Notes: a model not told the origin generated them from the sequence alone. DNA of 64,000 nucleotides from Paludibacteraceae bacterium (GCA_017464475.1 JAFTZQ010000017.1:21853-85852), one strand, 5' to 3'; shown: positions 1-8,593, counted from the stretch's first letter. Numbers and translations are program-made.

Positions 1-586
1 CGGTATAGTTACGATCGGTATGTTCGGTGGCGGCAATAATGCGAAGACCACTTTCTTGCAGGTAACGCAGTGCATTCTGTAAGTTTTCTACTTTGCAAAT
101 AGGTAATGAATGAAGTGCACCGGCAGAGGCTTTGACAGCATCGCCGTTGATTGCTGCGCTCCCGCGCGTACCTATTATCAACGCGTCCACGCCTGCGCAC
201 ACGCAGGTACGAGCGATCGCTCCGAAATTGCGCACATCGGTCACGCCATCGAGCATCATCAGCAGCGGCGTCTTGCCTTCGTCGTAGAGGCTCTGAACGA
301 GGTTCTCCAATGGATAGAACTCTATCGGACTCAGAAAAGCGATCACGCCCTGATGGTTCTTATCGGTGAACTGATTCAGTTTCTCCAGCGGTACACGTTG
401 GATCTGCGTGCCGGTTCCCTCCAGTTTGATGAGTAACTCGCGTCCGATAGCAGACGACATATCGCGGCGGATGAGCACTTTATCCAGCACTTTGCCGGCA
501 TCGATTGCCTCCATCACTGCCCGAACTCCGAAAATCATCTCTTTCTCTTTCGGACGGCGTGTTTCGTATTGTTTCTTCTGTATCAT
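1..586 (-). CDS. rlmB: 23S rRNA 2'-O-ribose methyltransferase, SpoU/TrmH family (RlmB-like); C-terminal part lies outside the window
   Basis: Not in the ORF track because it is open at the window edge. My reverse-strand translation from ATG 586-584 reads MIQKKQYETRRPKEKEMIFGVRAVMEAIDAGKVLDKVLIRRD...LDGVTDVRNFGAIARTCVCAGVDALII. It starts 4 nt after the dsbD-like stop. Confidence 0.8.
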   Translation of the reverse strand, partial: MIQKKQYETRRPKEKEMIFGVRAVMEAIDAGKVLDKVLIRRDMSSAIGRELLIKLEGTGTQIQRVPLEKLNQFTDKNHQGVIAFLSPIEFYPLENLVQSLYDEGKTPLLMMLDGVTDVRNFGAIARTCVCAGVDALIIGTRGSAAINGDAVKASAGALHSLPICKVENLQNALRYLQESGLRIIAATEHTDRNYT

Positions 587-590
587 AAGA

Positions 591-2186
591 TTAGTATTTG
601 AGCCAGTTGATAAACTCCATCGGGTCGGTTGTAAAGGCGATCGGATCCGCTATCTGCTTGCCCTGCGCGTCGAGCTGCACATAGAACGGCTGCGCATTGG
701 AGCCGAACTGCTCGCGCTGGAGAGCCGAGTTGCGGTCGCCTATTCCGTCACGCTTATCGTCCACGAAAAGCTCGATGAAGACATAGTTCTGCAACCGTGC
801 TTTGACGGAGTCGTCATCCAAAACATACGCCTCCATCTTTCGGCAGTTGACGCAGCCGTAGCCCGTGAAATCAATAATAACGGGTTTGCCTGTCTGGCGG
901 GCAAACGCCATTCCTTCGTCGTAATCATTGAAGACCACACGTCCCTCAATCTCCATCGGCGGCGCAAACGCACTGATGGCTTTCACCGGCGCGCCCCACA
1001 GTCCGGGGAGGAGGTAACAAGCAAAAGCGAAAGAAGGAATGATCACTACCGCACGAACGATCTTACGCGTCGTGGAGACATTCTTTATATTCCAAAGCAG
1101 GTATATTCCGATGCCGAGGAAACAAGCAATCCATATCGCGATGAAGAGCCAGCGCGGCAGGATACCCCAGCCGTACGCCATGTCAGCGACGGAGAGGAAC
1201 TTAAGCGAAAGCGCCAGTTCAAGGAACGCCAGAACGACTTTGAAACTTGTCATCCAGTCGCCGGATTTGGGTGCTTGTTTGAGCCACTGCGGGAACATCG
1301 CAAAGAGCGAGAACGGCAGAGCCAAAGCGAGCGAGAAGCCCAACATACCTATTGCCGGAGCTAATAGACTACGTCCCGCGGCTTCAACAAGCAGCGTGCC
1401 GATGATCGGTCCGGTGCAAGAGAAAGAGACGATAACCAGCGTAAATGCCATGAGCAGAATACTGAGGAAACCGCCTGTGCTCCGCGCTTTGCTGTCCAAT
1501 GCCGTGGACCAACTGTCCGGCAAAGTGATCTCAAAGAGACCGAAGAAAGAGAGCGCAAAAACTACCAAAATCAAAAAGAAGATGATATTCACTACCGCGT
1601 TGGTACTCAGATCATTAAGAGCCGACGCACCAAAGAGAATCGTCACCAGCAGCCCTAATCCGACATAGAGAATGATGATACTCAGACCATAGAGAATAGC
1701 GTCCCGCAGTCCGCCGCCTTTCTTCAAAAAGAAAGAAACGGTCATCGGAATAATCGGCCACACGCAAGGCGTAAAAATCGCCAGCAGACCGCCGAGGAAG
1801 CCAAGCAAGAATATCACCCACAACGACCGTGAGCCCTCTCTGCCGCCTCCACTAATGGAAGCCCCCTCTCCTGAGGAGAGGGTTGGGGTGAGGTTTTCTT
1901 TCCACTCCCACACCTCCGGCGCGGTACACATCTTGTCGTCGCAGGCATTGAAGCGGATCGGGCATAACTCCGTTTTCGCGACGGTAACCACAAACGAGTC
2001 CGCAAACTCTTCGTCAAACTCACGTTTGCCGAAGTCAATAATATTCATGTGCCATCCTTCTTCGATTGTAGCTTTGAGGCGCACGGAGTCGCCTATTTCC
2101 ACCCCGCTCCATCGAACGGGCTGCACCATCTGCGCCGCTGCTATCAGCGGCATAAATGCCAATAATATTGTCAGTATTCGTTTCAT
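591..2186 (-). CDS. dsbD: Thiol:disulfide interchange protein, DsbD/CcdA-type membrane core with C-terminal thioredoxin domain
   Basis: 531 aa ORF with signal peptide MKRILTILLAFMPLIAAAQ. Membrane Cys motifs FTPCVWPIIPM and FSCTGPIIG. C-terminal thioredoxin CxxC (GYGCVNCRKME). Confidence 0.85.
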   Translation of the reverse strand: MKRILTILLAFMPLIAAAQMVQPVRWSGVEIGDSVRLKATIEEGWHMNIIDFGKREFDEEFADSFVVTVAKTELCPIRFNACDDKMCTAPEVWEWKENLTPTLSSGEGASISGGGREGSRSLWVIFLLGFLGGLLAIFTPCVWPIIPMTVSFFLKKGGGLRDAILYGLSIIILYVGLGLLVTILFGASALNDLSTNAVVNIIFFLILVVFALSFFGLFEITLPDSWSTALDSKARSTGGFLSILLMAFTLVIVSFSCTGPIIGTLLVEAAGRSLLAPAIGMLGFSLALALPFSLFAMFPQWLKQAPKSGDWMTSFKVVLAFLELALSLKFLSVADMAYGWGILPRWLFIAIWIACFLGIGIYLLWNIKNVSTTRKIVRAVVIIPSFAFACYLLPGLWGAPVKAISAFAPPMEIEGRVVFNDYDEGMAFARQTGKPVIIDFTGYGCVNCRKMEAYVLDDDSVKARLQNYVFIELFVDDKRDGIGDRNSALQREQFGSNAQPFYVQLDAQGKQIADPIAFTTDPMEFINWLKY

Positions 2187-3211
2187 TCGTTATTGTTTTC
2201 GTTTTGCTCTATCATTCGTTTAATTTCTCTATCGAAGTCCGAGGTAATGGATTGCGTGCGATTGAAAATATCGTATTCGGTTTCCGCTTTTTCATCGGCT
2301 TGTGCTTTGGAAATACGCCCTCTGTCCGGCAGAATATTATAACGCCGGAAGGAAAGAAATTCGTTTACGCTGGCGGCGAACTGCTCCATATTAAACGTAT
2401 TTTCCCGCTCAATCAAGTCTTCTATATAATCAAAATATCCCGACACAGCCCGTTCCAAGCGACGAATTTGTTTCTCATCCAGATAGTTCTTCGCAACCGT
2501 CACATCAGACTTCAGAATTCGTCCATCCGGCGAATTCTTCCATGTCTGGAGTCCCATGTGTTCTTGCGTATGGTCTGCGTGGGTATAAATAATTTCTGCT
2601 GCTGTTTGACCGGTTATCGCGTAATGGAAGCGATTTTGCACCATAGCATAAAACTCTCGCGTAGTCGGAGCTTGGGGATCGTAATCAATACTACATTCCG
2701 CATAAATATCTGTTATCTGCTGCCAAATACGGCGCTCACTTGCACGGATGGAACGAACGCGCTCCAGGAGTTCACGGAAATAATCCTGTCCGAAGACCGC
2801 TTTTCCTTGTTTGAGACGCTCATCATCCAGCACGAAACCCTTGCGGATATATTCATTCAGGATTTTAGTCGCCCATTGACGGAAACGCGTTGCACGTGTA
2901 GAATTAACACGATAGCCAACGGAGATAATAGCATCAAGGTTGTAAAAATCTATTTCTTCCGTAACCTCACCTCTAATACCTCTATTTACGACGGTTGCAA
3001 TTTTTGCAACAGTCGCATCCGTCGACAATTCTCCTGTTTCATATATATTTTTCAGATGCCGACTTATAGACGATTTGTCAACATCAAAAAGCGTTGCCAT
3101 CGCTTTCTGCGTCATCCATATTGTCTCATCGCGCACAACCACTTGCACCTGAGCCGTATTGTCAGGCGCGTCGTACAAAAGAAATAATGTCTGTTTGTCT
3201 AATGGTGTCAT
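2183..3211 (-). CDS. RhuM-family virulence/Fic-associated protein
   Basis: 342 aa. The N-terminus ...VVVRDETIWMTQKAMATLFDVDKSSISRHLKNIYETGELS... is typical of RhuM family proteins. ATGA overlap with the dsbD-like start. Confidence 0.75.
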   Translation of the reverse strand: MTPLDKQTLFLLYDAPDNTAQVQVVVRDETIWMTQKAMATLFDVDKSSISRHLKNIYETGELSTDATVAKIATVVNRGIRGEVTEEIDFYNLDAIISVGYRVNSTRATRFRQWATKILNEYIRKGFVLDDERLKQGKAVFGQDYFRELLERVRSIRASERRIWQQITDIYAECSIDYDPQAPTTREFYAMVQNRFHYAITGQTAAEIIYTHADHTQEHMGLQTWKNSPDGRILKSDVTVAKNYLDEKQIRRLERAVSGYFDYIEDLIERENTFNMEQFAASVNEFLSFRRYNILPDRGRISKAQADEKAETEYDIFNRTQSITSDFDREIKRMIEQNENNNE

Positions 3212-3236
3212 ATTTTCTCATTCACCTTTGCGGCTG

Positions 3237-3244
3237 CAAAGGTA
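3237..3244 (-). promoter_or_regulatory. Bacteroidota -7 box TAccTTTG upstream of the rhuM-dsbD-rlmB operon
   Basis: caaaggta on the + strand, 26 nt upstream of ATG 3211, followed by an A-tract and a TTG-containing -33 region (sense orientation). Confidence 0.6.
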
Positions 3245-3351
3245 CTACTTTTTTTTGAGATACGCAAGAGCGGACGGATTTTTAGCAAAAAATGTGCGTT
3301 TACAGGCACAAAACATGTGCAAATAAAAAATGCATTTTATAATTTTTTAAC

Positions 3352-3417
3352 ATGGCAAAAGTGGCAAAACTGGCAATATGCTCTATCTGTTTTTGCCATT
3401 TTTGCCACTTTTGCCAC
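3352..3417. repeat. Imperfect 25 bp inverted repeat built from GGCAAAA(N) units; candidate terminator downstream of murA
   Basis: atggcaaaagtggcaaaactggcaa (3352-3376), a 16 nt loop, then ttgccatttttgccacttttgccac (3393-3417). The arms are complementary apart from 2-3 mismatches. Confidence 0.7.
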
Positions 3418-3539
3418 TACAAATAATTCATTTTTTCGAACGCTGTGTTCAAAACTGAACGTTAGTTGTTCTTATTGATTCATAGTGATCTTTAGCCATC
3501 ATCGGGGGTATTGCCTGACCCGAAGCATACCTTATACTA

Positions 3540-4847
3540 TCAATCCTCTCTTCGGATGCAGGCACCGATGGCGTTCAATCGGTGTTCTATATCTTCGTAA
3601 CCACGGTCGATCTGGTCGATGTGGTCAATCTTGCTGGTTCCTTCAGCTGACATGGCTGCAATCAGCATAGCAATACCTGCACGGATGTCGGGCGAGGTCA
3701 TGTTATTGCGTTTGAGTTGGCGGGTGTGGTCATGCCCTATGACGACCGCTCTATGCGGATCGCAGAGGATGATTTGCGCACCCATATCAATCAGTTTATC
3801 GACAAAGAAAAGGCGGGATTCGAACATCTTCTGGTGAATAAGAACCGATCCTTTCGCCTGTGTAGCTACCACCAAGAGCACCGAGAGCAAGTCCGGCGTG
3901 AGACCGGGCCACGGTGCGTCTGCCACCGTGAGGATCGAGCCGTCCAGAAAGGACTCAATCTGGTAGTGTTCCTGCGCAGGAATGACCAGATCGTCTCCCT
4001 CTTCTTCGATACGGATTCCAAGGCGTCTGAAAGCGTCAGGGATGATACCGAGGTCTTTGATACCCGCCTCTTTAATACGCAGTTCAGAACCTGTTATAGC
4101 AGCCATGCCGATGAACGAACCGACCTCAATCATGTCCGGCAGCAGTTTATGCTGCGCGCCGTGGAGCGACTTGACACCTTCTATCGTGAGCAGGTTCGAC
4201 CCCACTCCGCTGATCTTCGCACCCATGTTATTGAGAAGCCGGCAGAGCTGCTGGACGTATGGTTCGCAGGCTGCATTGTAGATCGTGGTGGTACCTTTCG
4301 CCATAACCGCTGCCATAATGATATTCGCCGTTCCGGTGACGGACGCTTCGTCGAGCAGCATGTACGCGCCTTTGAGGTGCTTGCCGTCAAAACGGTATGC
4401 CAGCAGTTCCTGGTCGTACGTGAACGTAGCGCCGAGGTTGACCATTCCTTGGAAATGGGTGTCCAGCCGACGGCGTCCGATCTTGTCTCCTCCGGGCTTG
4501 GCGTACGTCACTTCGCCCAGACGCGCCAAAAGCGGACCGATGAGCATGACCGAACCGCGCAGTTTGTTGCATTTCTTCAGGAAATCCGCACTCCGCAAAT
4601 ACGCCGTGTCGAGGTTCGCAGCCGTGAAAGCGTACTTGCCTTTCGCCAGTTTCTCCACCGTCACACCCATCGAACCCAACAGGTCAATGAGGTTGTTGAC
4701 ATCCAAGATATTCGGGATATTATCAATAACCACGGTTTCGCGGGTCAGGAGTACCGCACAGAGAACCTGCAGGGCTTCGTTTTTTGCGCCCTGCGGGGTG
4801 ATGGAACCATGGAGCTTATGTCCGCCTTCGATTACAAATGTAGCCAT
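3540..4847 (-). CDS. murA: UDP-N-acetylglucosamine 1-carboxyvinyltransferase
   Basis: 435 aa. MATFVIEGGHKLHGSITPQGAKNEALQVLCAVLL... and the KPGGDKIGRRRLD active-site loop, with full-length MurA-like architecture. Confidence 0.93.
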   Translation of the reverse strand: MATFVIEGGHKLHGSITPQGAKNEALQVLCAVLLTRETVVIDNIPNILDVNNLIDLLGSMGVTVEKLAKGKYAFTAANLDTAYLRSADFLKKCNKLRGSVMLIGPLLARLGEVTYAKPGGDKIGRRRLDTHFQGMVNLGATFTYDQELLAYRFDGKHLKGAYMLLDEASVTGTANIIMAAVMAKGTTTIYNAACEPYVQQLCRLLNNMGAKISGVGSNLLTIEGVKSLHGAQHKLLPDMIEVGSFIGMAAITGSELRIKEAGIKDLGIIPDAFRRLGIRIEEEGDDLVIPAQEHYQIESFLDGSILTVADAPWPGLTPDLLSVLLVVATQAKGSVLIHQKMFESRLFFVDKLIDMGAQIILCDPHRAVVIGHDHTRQLKRNNMTSPDIRAGIAMLIAAMSAEGTSKIDHIDQIDRGYEDIEHRLNAIGACIRRED

Positions 4848-4872
4848 ATTGTAGTATTTGAGGATTTGAAGA

Positions 4873-5892
4873 TTAAATATAGTTCACTTCCGGGGAGATG
4901 GCAATGCCGAACTTCTCTTTTACGTCCTTGCAGATAGCCGCGGCGAGATTGACAATATCTTCCGGCGTGGCGTTGTTTCGGTTGACGAGCACCAGCGGCT
5001 GTTTCTCGTAGCACTGTGCGCCGCCCATCATCTTGCCTTTCCATCCGCATTGCTCTATCAGCCATGCCGCAGGGATTTTGCATAACCCCACCCCTTCCCT
5101 CCCCTCGAGGGAGGGAGCATTATAGTGCGGCATGTCAGGATAGAGTTTTAATAGTTCGTCGGCTTTTTCTTTCGGAACAACCGGATTTTTGAAGAACGAA
5201 CCGGCAGAGCCAAGTTCGGACACTTCGGGCAGTTTCTGTTGACGAATGCGGATTACCGCTTCGCGAACAGACATGGGCGTTGGATTAAAACCGACTTCGC
5301 TACTCAGATTGCCGTAATTCAGCTTCGGCTCGAAATGCTTGTTGAGCCGGTACACGACGTGCGTAATGATATATTTCCCGCGGAGGGAGTTCTTGAAAAT
5401 ACTGTCGCGGTAGCCGTACTGACATTCGGCATTGGAGAAGATCCGCTCCGCTCCATCGGCGATGGAAACAGCCCGTACGGACTCAATCACATCTTTCGCT
5501 TCCACGCCGTACGCACCGACGTTCTGCACCGCGGACGCTCCCACTTCGCCCGGAATATAACTGAGGTTTTCGAGTCCCGAAATGCCCATATCGCATAGTT
5601 GCGCGATCAGTTCGTCCAGGACAAGTCCGTTCTCCGCCTCAATCCACACATAGTCCGCATCCTCGCTTACACACCGTGCGCGACGCATAGCCGAGTGCAG
5701 CACCACACCGTCGAAGTCCTTGGTAAACAAGAGGTTAGAGCCTGCTCCTATATGGAGAAGCGGCTCGCCTTTATATTGCTCCAACAACGCACGCAGTTCC
5801 TCCACCGAACTGTATTCGGCAAATATCTTCGCCTTCACATCCATTCGGAAAGTGTTGAACGGCAACAACGATATATTCTCTCGAATCAACAT
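4873..5892 (-). CDS. murB: UDP-N-acetylmuramate dehydrogenase
   Basis: 339 aa. FAD-binding N-domain (NTFRMDVKAKIFAEY...HIGAGSNLLF) and the C-terminal MurB domain (GSFFKNP, AAWLIEQCGWKG). Confidence 0.92.
   Translation of the reverse strand: MLIRENISLLPFNTFRMDVKAKIFAEYSSVEELRALLEQYKGEPLLHIGAGSNLLFTKDFDGVVLHSAMRRARCVSEDADYVWIEAENGLVLDELIAQLCDMGISGLENLSYIPGEVGASAVQNVGAYGVEAKDVIESVRAVSIADGAERIFSNAECQYGYRDSIFKNSLRGKYIITHVVYRLNKHFEPKLNYGNLSSEVGFNPTPMSVREAVIRIRQQKLPEVSELGSAGSFFKNPVVPKEKADELLKLYPDMPHYNAPSLEGREGVGLCKIPAAWLIEQCGWKGKMMGGAQCYEKQPLVLVNRNNATPEDIVNLAAAICKDVKEKFGIAISPEVNYI
5083..5120 (-). repeat. GC-rich palindromic element copy, in-frame inside murB
   Basis: Coding strand gctccctccctcgaggggagggaaggggtggggtta encodes APSLEGREGVGL. 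Same consensus and reading frame as the copies at 49061-49095 and 49197-49233. Confidence 0.7.
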
Positions 5893-5908
5893 TCGTAATT
5901 CGTAATTT
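5891..5908. repeat. Heptamer tandem repeat (ATTCGTA x2 plus degenerate units) in the murB-nadE spacer
   Basis: attcgtaattcgtaattttt read directly. It overlaps the murB start codon. Confidence 0.6.
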
Positions 5909-5913
5909 TTAAT

Positions 5914-7845
5914 TTAAATGCAAGTTGCGTCGGACGGCATTCTCCAGTCGCCGCGGGGCGAAAGGGAGACAGCAACCACTTTCGGTCCGTCCGGCATGGC
6001 AGACCGTTTGAACTGCTGCGTGCAGAAACGGCGCATGAAGGTATTAAGCCATTTGTCGATTGTCTCTTCGTCGTATTTGTCTTCGAACGCTTGGATCGCC
6101 ATGTAGCGAATCTTTTCGCGCGTGAAGCCGTAGCGGAGGAAATAATAGATGAAGAAATCATGCAGTTCGTACGGACCGACCTTGTCTTCGGTCTTTTGCG
6201 CGATCTCGCCTTGCTCGTCGGTCGGCAGCAGTTCCGGGGAAACAGGCGTCTCCACCACGTCCATCAGCACTTGGCGCAAGTCTTCTCCGAAGAGGTTTTC
6301 CGCCGCATAGCGCACGAGGTAACGCACAAGAGTTTTGGGTATTCCGGCATTGACGCCATACATCGACATCTGGTCGCCGTTGTAAGTACACCAGCCGAGC
6401 GCAAGCTCGCTCAGGTCGCCCGTTCCGACCACGATTCCGTTCATCTGGTTCGCTACGTCCATGAGGATCAACGTGCGCACACGCGCTTGCGCGTTCTCAT
6501 AAGTTATGTCGCGCGTGTCGAGGTCGTGCTCGATGTCCTGCAAGTGCTGGATCGTAGTGTCGCGGATAGAGATCTCGCGGTGGGTAATACCGAGAAGCCG
6601 CATCAGATCGAGTGCGTTCTGGTACGTCCGGTCGGACGTTCCGAAACCGGGCATGGTGATTCCCACAACACGCGAACGGTCATAACCCATCTGGTCGGCT
6701 GCCATGACGCATACCAACAACGCCAGCGTGCTGTCCAAACCGCCGGAAACGCCGATGATGAGCGTCTCGGAGCGCGTGTGCTCCCAACGGCGCATGAGTG
6801 CGCTCGTCTGGATAGAGAACACGTCCATGCAGTAGTTGTCTTCGTCGCCTTTCTTCGGCAGGAACGGAGCGGTAGAGAAATGACGATGGATGGGTTCGGT
6901 GAACTCTTCCTCGCGCTCTATCGGCGCTACATTGATGCGGCGGTAATGACCCGCTTTGTCCTTCGTGAAATTGGTATTCCTCTGGCGGTCAGTACGCAAA
7001 CGCTCGATGTCAATCTCCTGAATGACCATGGTGTTGCTGCGCTGGAAACGCTCGCCTTCCTCCAGCATCGTGCCGTTCTCAGCGATGTACGTGCTACCGG
7101 AGAAGACCACATCGGTGGTCGATTCACCCACACCCGAAGAGGTGTAAATATATCCGCAATGGACACGCGCCGACTGCTGGGTGATCATCTGGCGGCGGAA
7201 ATGATGTTTGCCCACCAGACAATTGGAGCTGGAGAGGTTGAAGATCAGTTCGGCTCCTTGGATCGAGAGCTGGGTGGAAGGCGGCAGCGGCGACCAGAGG
7301 TCCTCGCATATCTCAATACCGAAGGTATAATTGCGAGTGGAGAAAAGGAGGTCCGTTCCGAACGGCACGTCCCCACTCCATATCTCTATTTTCGGAATAC
7401 GCGGTGCAATGCCTCCGGGCGTGAACTCGCGCGCGGCACGACCGGAAGTGAACCAACGTTTCTCGTAGAACTCACCGGTATTCGGCAGGTTGACTTTGGG
7501 CACAATGCCCACGACCTCGCCATCGGTCATGACGAATGCGCAGTTGAAGAGGTCATTCTCTACCTGCAGCGGCGCACCCACCAGCACGATGATTGCTTTG
7601 CCACGCGTGTAGTCGCAGAGGCTCTCCAGCTCACGCATGGAGCTTTGCTGGAGCTGCTGGGTGAAGAATAAGTCGGCACACGTGTAGCCGGTGAGGCTCA
7701 GTTCCGGAAAACAGATCACTTCCACGCCTTCAGCGATCGCTTCGTCTATCTGTTGCTTGATTTGAGCGGCATTGAACGCGCAGTCCGCTACTTTCATGGT
7801 CGGTACAGCTGCCGCCACTCGAACGAATCCAAAGTTTGTATTCAT
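5914..7845 (-). CDS. nadE: Glutamine-dependent NAD+ synthetase
   Basis: The track ORF 5914..8274 is trimmed to Met144 (MNTNFGFVRVAAAVPTMKV...; CAT at 7843-7845). CN-hydrolase domain (FPELSLTGY, EICEDLW) plus the NAD synthetase P-loop GVSGGLDS. The upstream extension is low-complexity and covers the promoters. Confidence 0.9.
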   Translation of the reverse strand: MNTNFGFVRVAAAVPTMKVADCAFNAAQIKQQIDEAIAEGVEVICFPELSLTGYTCADLFFTQQLQQSSMRELESLCDYTRGKAIIVLVGAPLQVENDLFNCAFVMTDGEVVGIVPKVNLPNTGEFYEKRWFTSGRAAREFTPGGIAPRIPKIEIWSGDVPFGTDLLFSTRNYTFGIEICEDLWSPLPPSTQLSIQGAELIFNLSSSNCLVGKHHFRRQMITQQSARVHCGYIYTSSGVGESTTDVVFSGSTYIAENGTMLEEGERFQRSNTMVIQEIDIERLRTDRQRNTNFTKDKAGHYRRINVAPIEREEEFTEPIHRHFSTAPFLPKKGDEDNYCMDVFSIQTSALMRRWEHTRSETLIIGVSGGLDSTLALLVCVMAADQMGYDRSRVVGITMPGFGTSDRTYQNALDLMRLLGITHREISIRDTTIQHLQDIEHDLDTRDITYENAQARVRTLILMDVANQMNGIVVGTGDLSELALGWCTYNGDQMSMYGVNAGIPKTLVRYLVRYAAENLFGEDLRQVLMDVVETPVSPELLPTDEQGEIAQKTEDKVGPYELHDFFIYYFLRYGFTREKIRYMAIQAFEDKYDEETIDKWLNTFMRRFCTQQFKRSAMPDGPKVVAVSLSPRGDWRMPSDATCI

Positions 7846-7866
7846 ATATTTATATATTTTCCGGTG

Positions 7867-7874
7867 CAAAGGTA
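7867..7874 (-). promoter_or_regulatory. -7 box TAccTTTG for the nadE-murB-murA operon
   Basis: caaaggta on the + strand, 21 nt upstream of the nadE ATG. Confidence 0.6.
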
Positions 7875-7896
7875 CAACTTTTTTTGCATATATCAA

Positions 7897-7904
7897 AATA
7901 TTTT
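7897..7904 (+). promoter_or_regulatory. -7 box TAatTTTG for queH
   Basis: taattttg, 19 nt upstream of ATG 7924 and back-to-back with the nadE promoter. Confidence 0.6.
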
Positions 7905-7923
7905 TGTAATTTTGCAGCCGAAT

Positions 7924-8559
7924 ATGTCTAAACAACCTGCAATCATAGTTCCGGAAGGGTGCACAAAAGTGCTGCTGCATGCCTGTTGTGCACCCTGCTC
8001 CAGCGCGATCGTGGAATGGCTGCTGGCTCATCAGATTGAGCCGGTGATCTATTATTTCAATCCGAATATTTATCCACAAGAGGAGTATGAGATCCGTAAA
8101 AACGAGAGCAAGCGGCATGCCGAGAGCTTGGGGATTGAGTGGATTGACGGGGATCGTTGGGCACATGCGGAATGGCTTCGGGCGGTGACGGGTCTGGAAC
8201 ATGAGCCGGAGCGAGGCAGACGATGCGAGGCATGTTTCTACCACCGGCTGTTCTATACCGCGCGGAAAGCGCAAGAGCTGGATATTCCGTTCTTTGCTAC
8301 GACCTTGGCTTCCTCACGATGGAAGAATCTGGATCAAGTGAACGCCGCCGGAAAGCGTGCAGAAGAGATGGTGAACAAATATCCGGCGGACAGCGCAGTC
8401 CACGAGCCGGTGCATTTCTGGGCACAGAATTGGCGCAAAGACGGACTGCAGGAACGACGGAACGAACTACTGAAAGAATACCAATTCTACAACCAGCTTT
8501 ACTGCGGTTGCGAATTCTCCCTTTCTCGTCCCGGTGATGTCATGCTAACAACCCACTAA
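7924..8559 (+). CDS. queH: Epoxyqueuosine reductase QueH (DUF208)
   Basis: Start at Met58 of the track ORF (MSKQPAIIVPEGC...). Cys motifs CCAPCS, RCEACFYHRL and LYCGCEFS. Confidence 0.8.
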   Translation: MSKQPAIIVPEGCTKVLLHACCAPCSSAIVEWLLAHQIEPVIYYFNPNIYPQEEYEIRKNESKRHAESLGIEWIDGDRWAHAEWLRAVTGLEHEPERGRRCEACFYHRLFYTARKAQELDIPFFATTLASSRWKNLDQVNAAGKRAEEMVNKYPADSAVHEPVHFWAQNWRKDGLQERRNELLKEYQFYNQLYCGCEFSLSRPGDVMLTTH

Positions 8560-8593
8560 TCACCCACTAATCACCCACTAATCACCCACTCAT
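8550..8593. repeat. 11 bp tandem repeat CACCCACTAAT x4
   Basis: aacccactaat cacccactaat cacccactaat cacccactcat. The queH stop codon (8557-8559) lies in the first unit. Confidence 0.9.

Noticed and set aside
5886-6161. Small ORFs in or near gene junctions (5886..6161 -, 5720..5905 +, 21315..21545 +, 25135..25425 +, 43337..43531 +).
   Set aside because: They overlap well-supported genes or promoters, lack start context and have low-complexity translations.
6091-7671. Long antisense ORFs opposite real genes. Examples: 6091..7671 (+), 408..1364 (+), 2156..3187 (+), 3717..4937 (+), 15130..16032 (-), 19458..20399 (+), 28371..29177 (+), 29492..30499 (+), 32879..33880 (-), 34264..35409 (-), 38228..39328 (-), 42077..42895 (+), 46414..47367 (-) and 47699..49018 (-).
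   Set aside because: Each lies entirely within a gene on the other strand that has clear family motifs. Their translations are Arg/His/Val-rich low-complexity sequence with no recognisable domains, which is typical of mirror frames of GC3-biased genes.
7846-8274. N-terminal 143 codons of track ORF 5914..8274, which would extend nadE across the queH gene start.
   Set aside because: The extension covers both divergent promoters and the queH 5' end. NadE homology starts at MNTNFGFVRV (ATG at 7845).
8550-8593. The possibility that the many short tandem arrays (8550, 21628, 21692, 30495, 39373, 40003, 45904, 45945, 47242, 62231) are CRISPR arrays.
   Set aside because: The units are only 7-11 bp and directly abut each other with no unique spacers. 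No cas genes are present.
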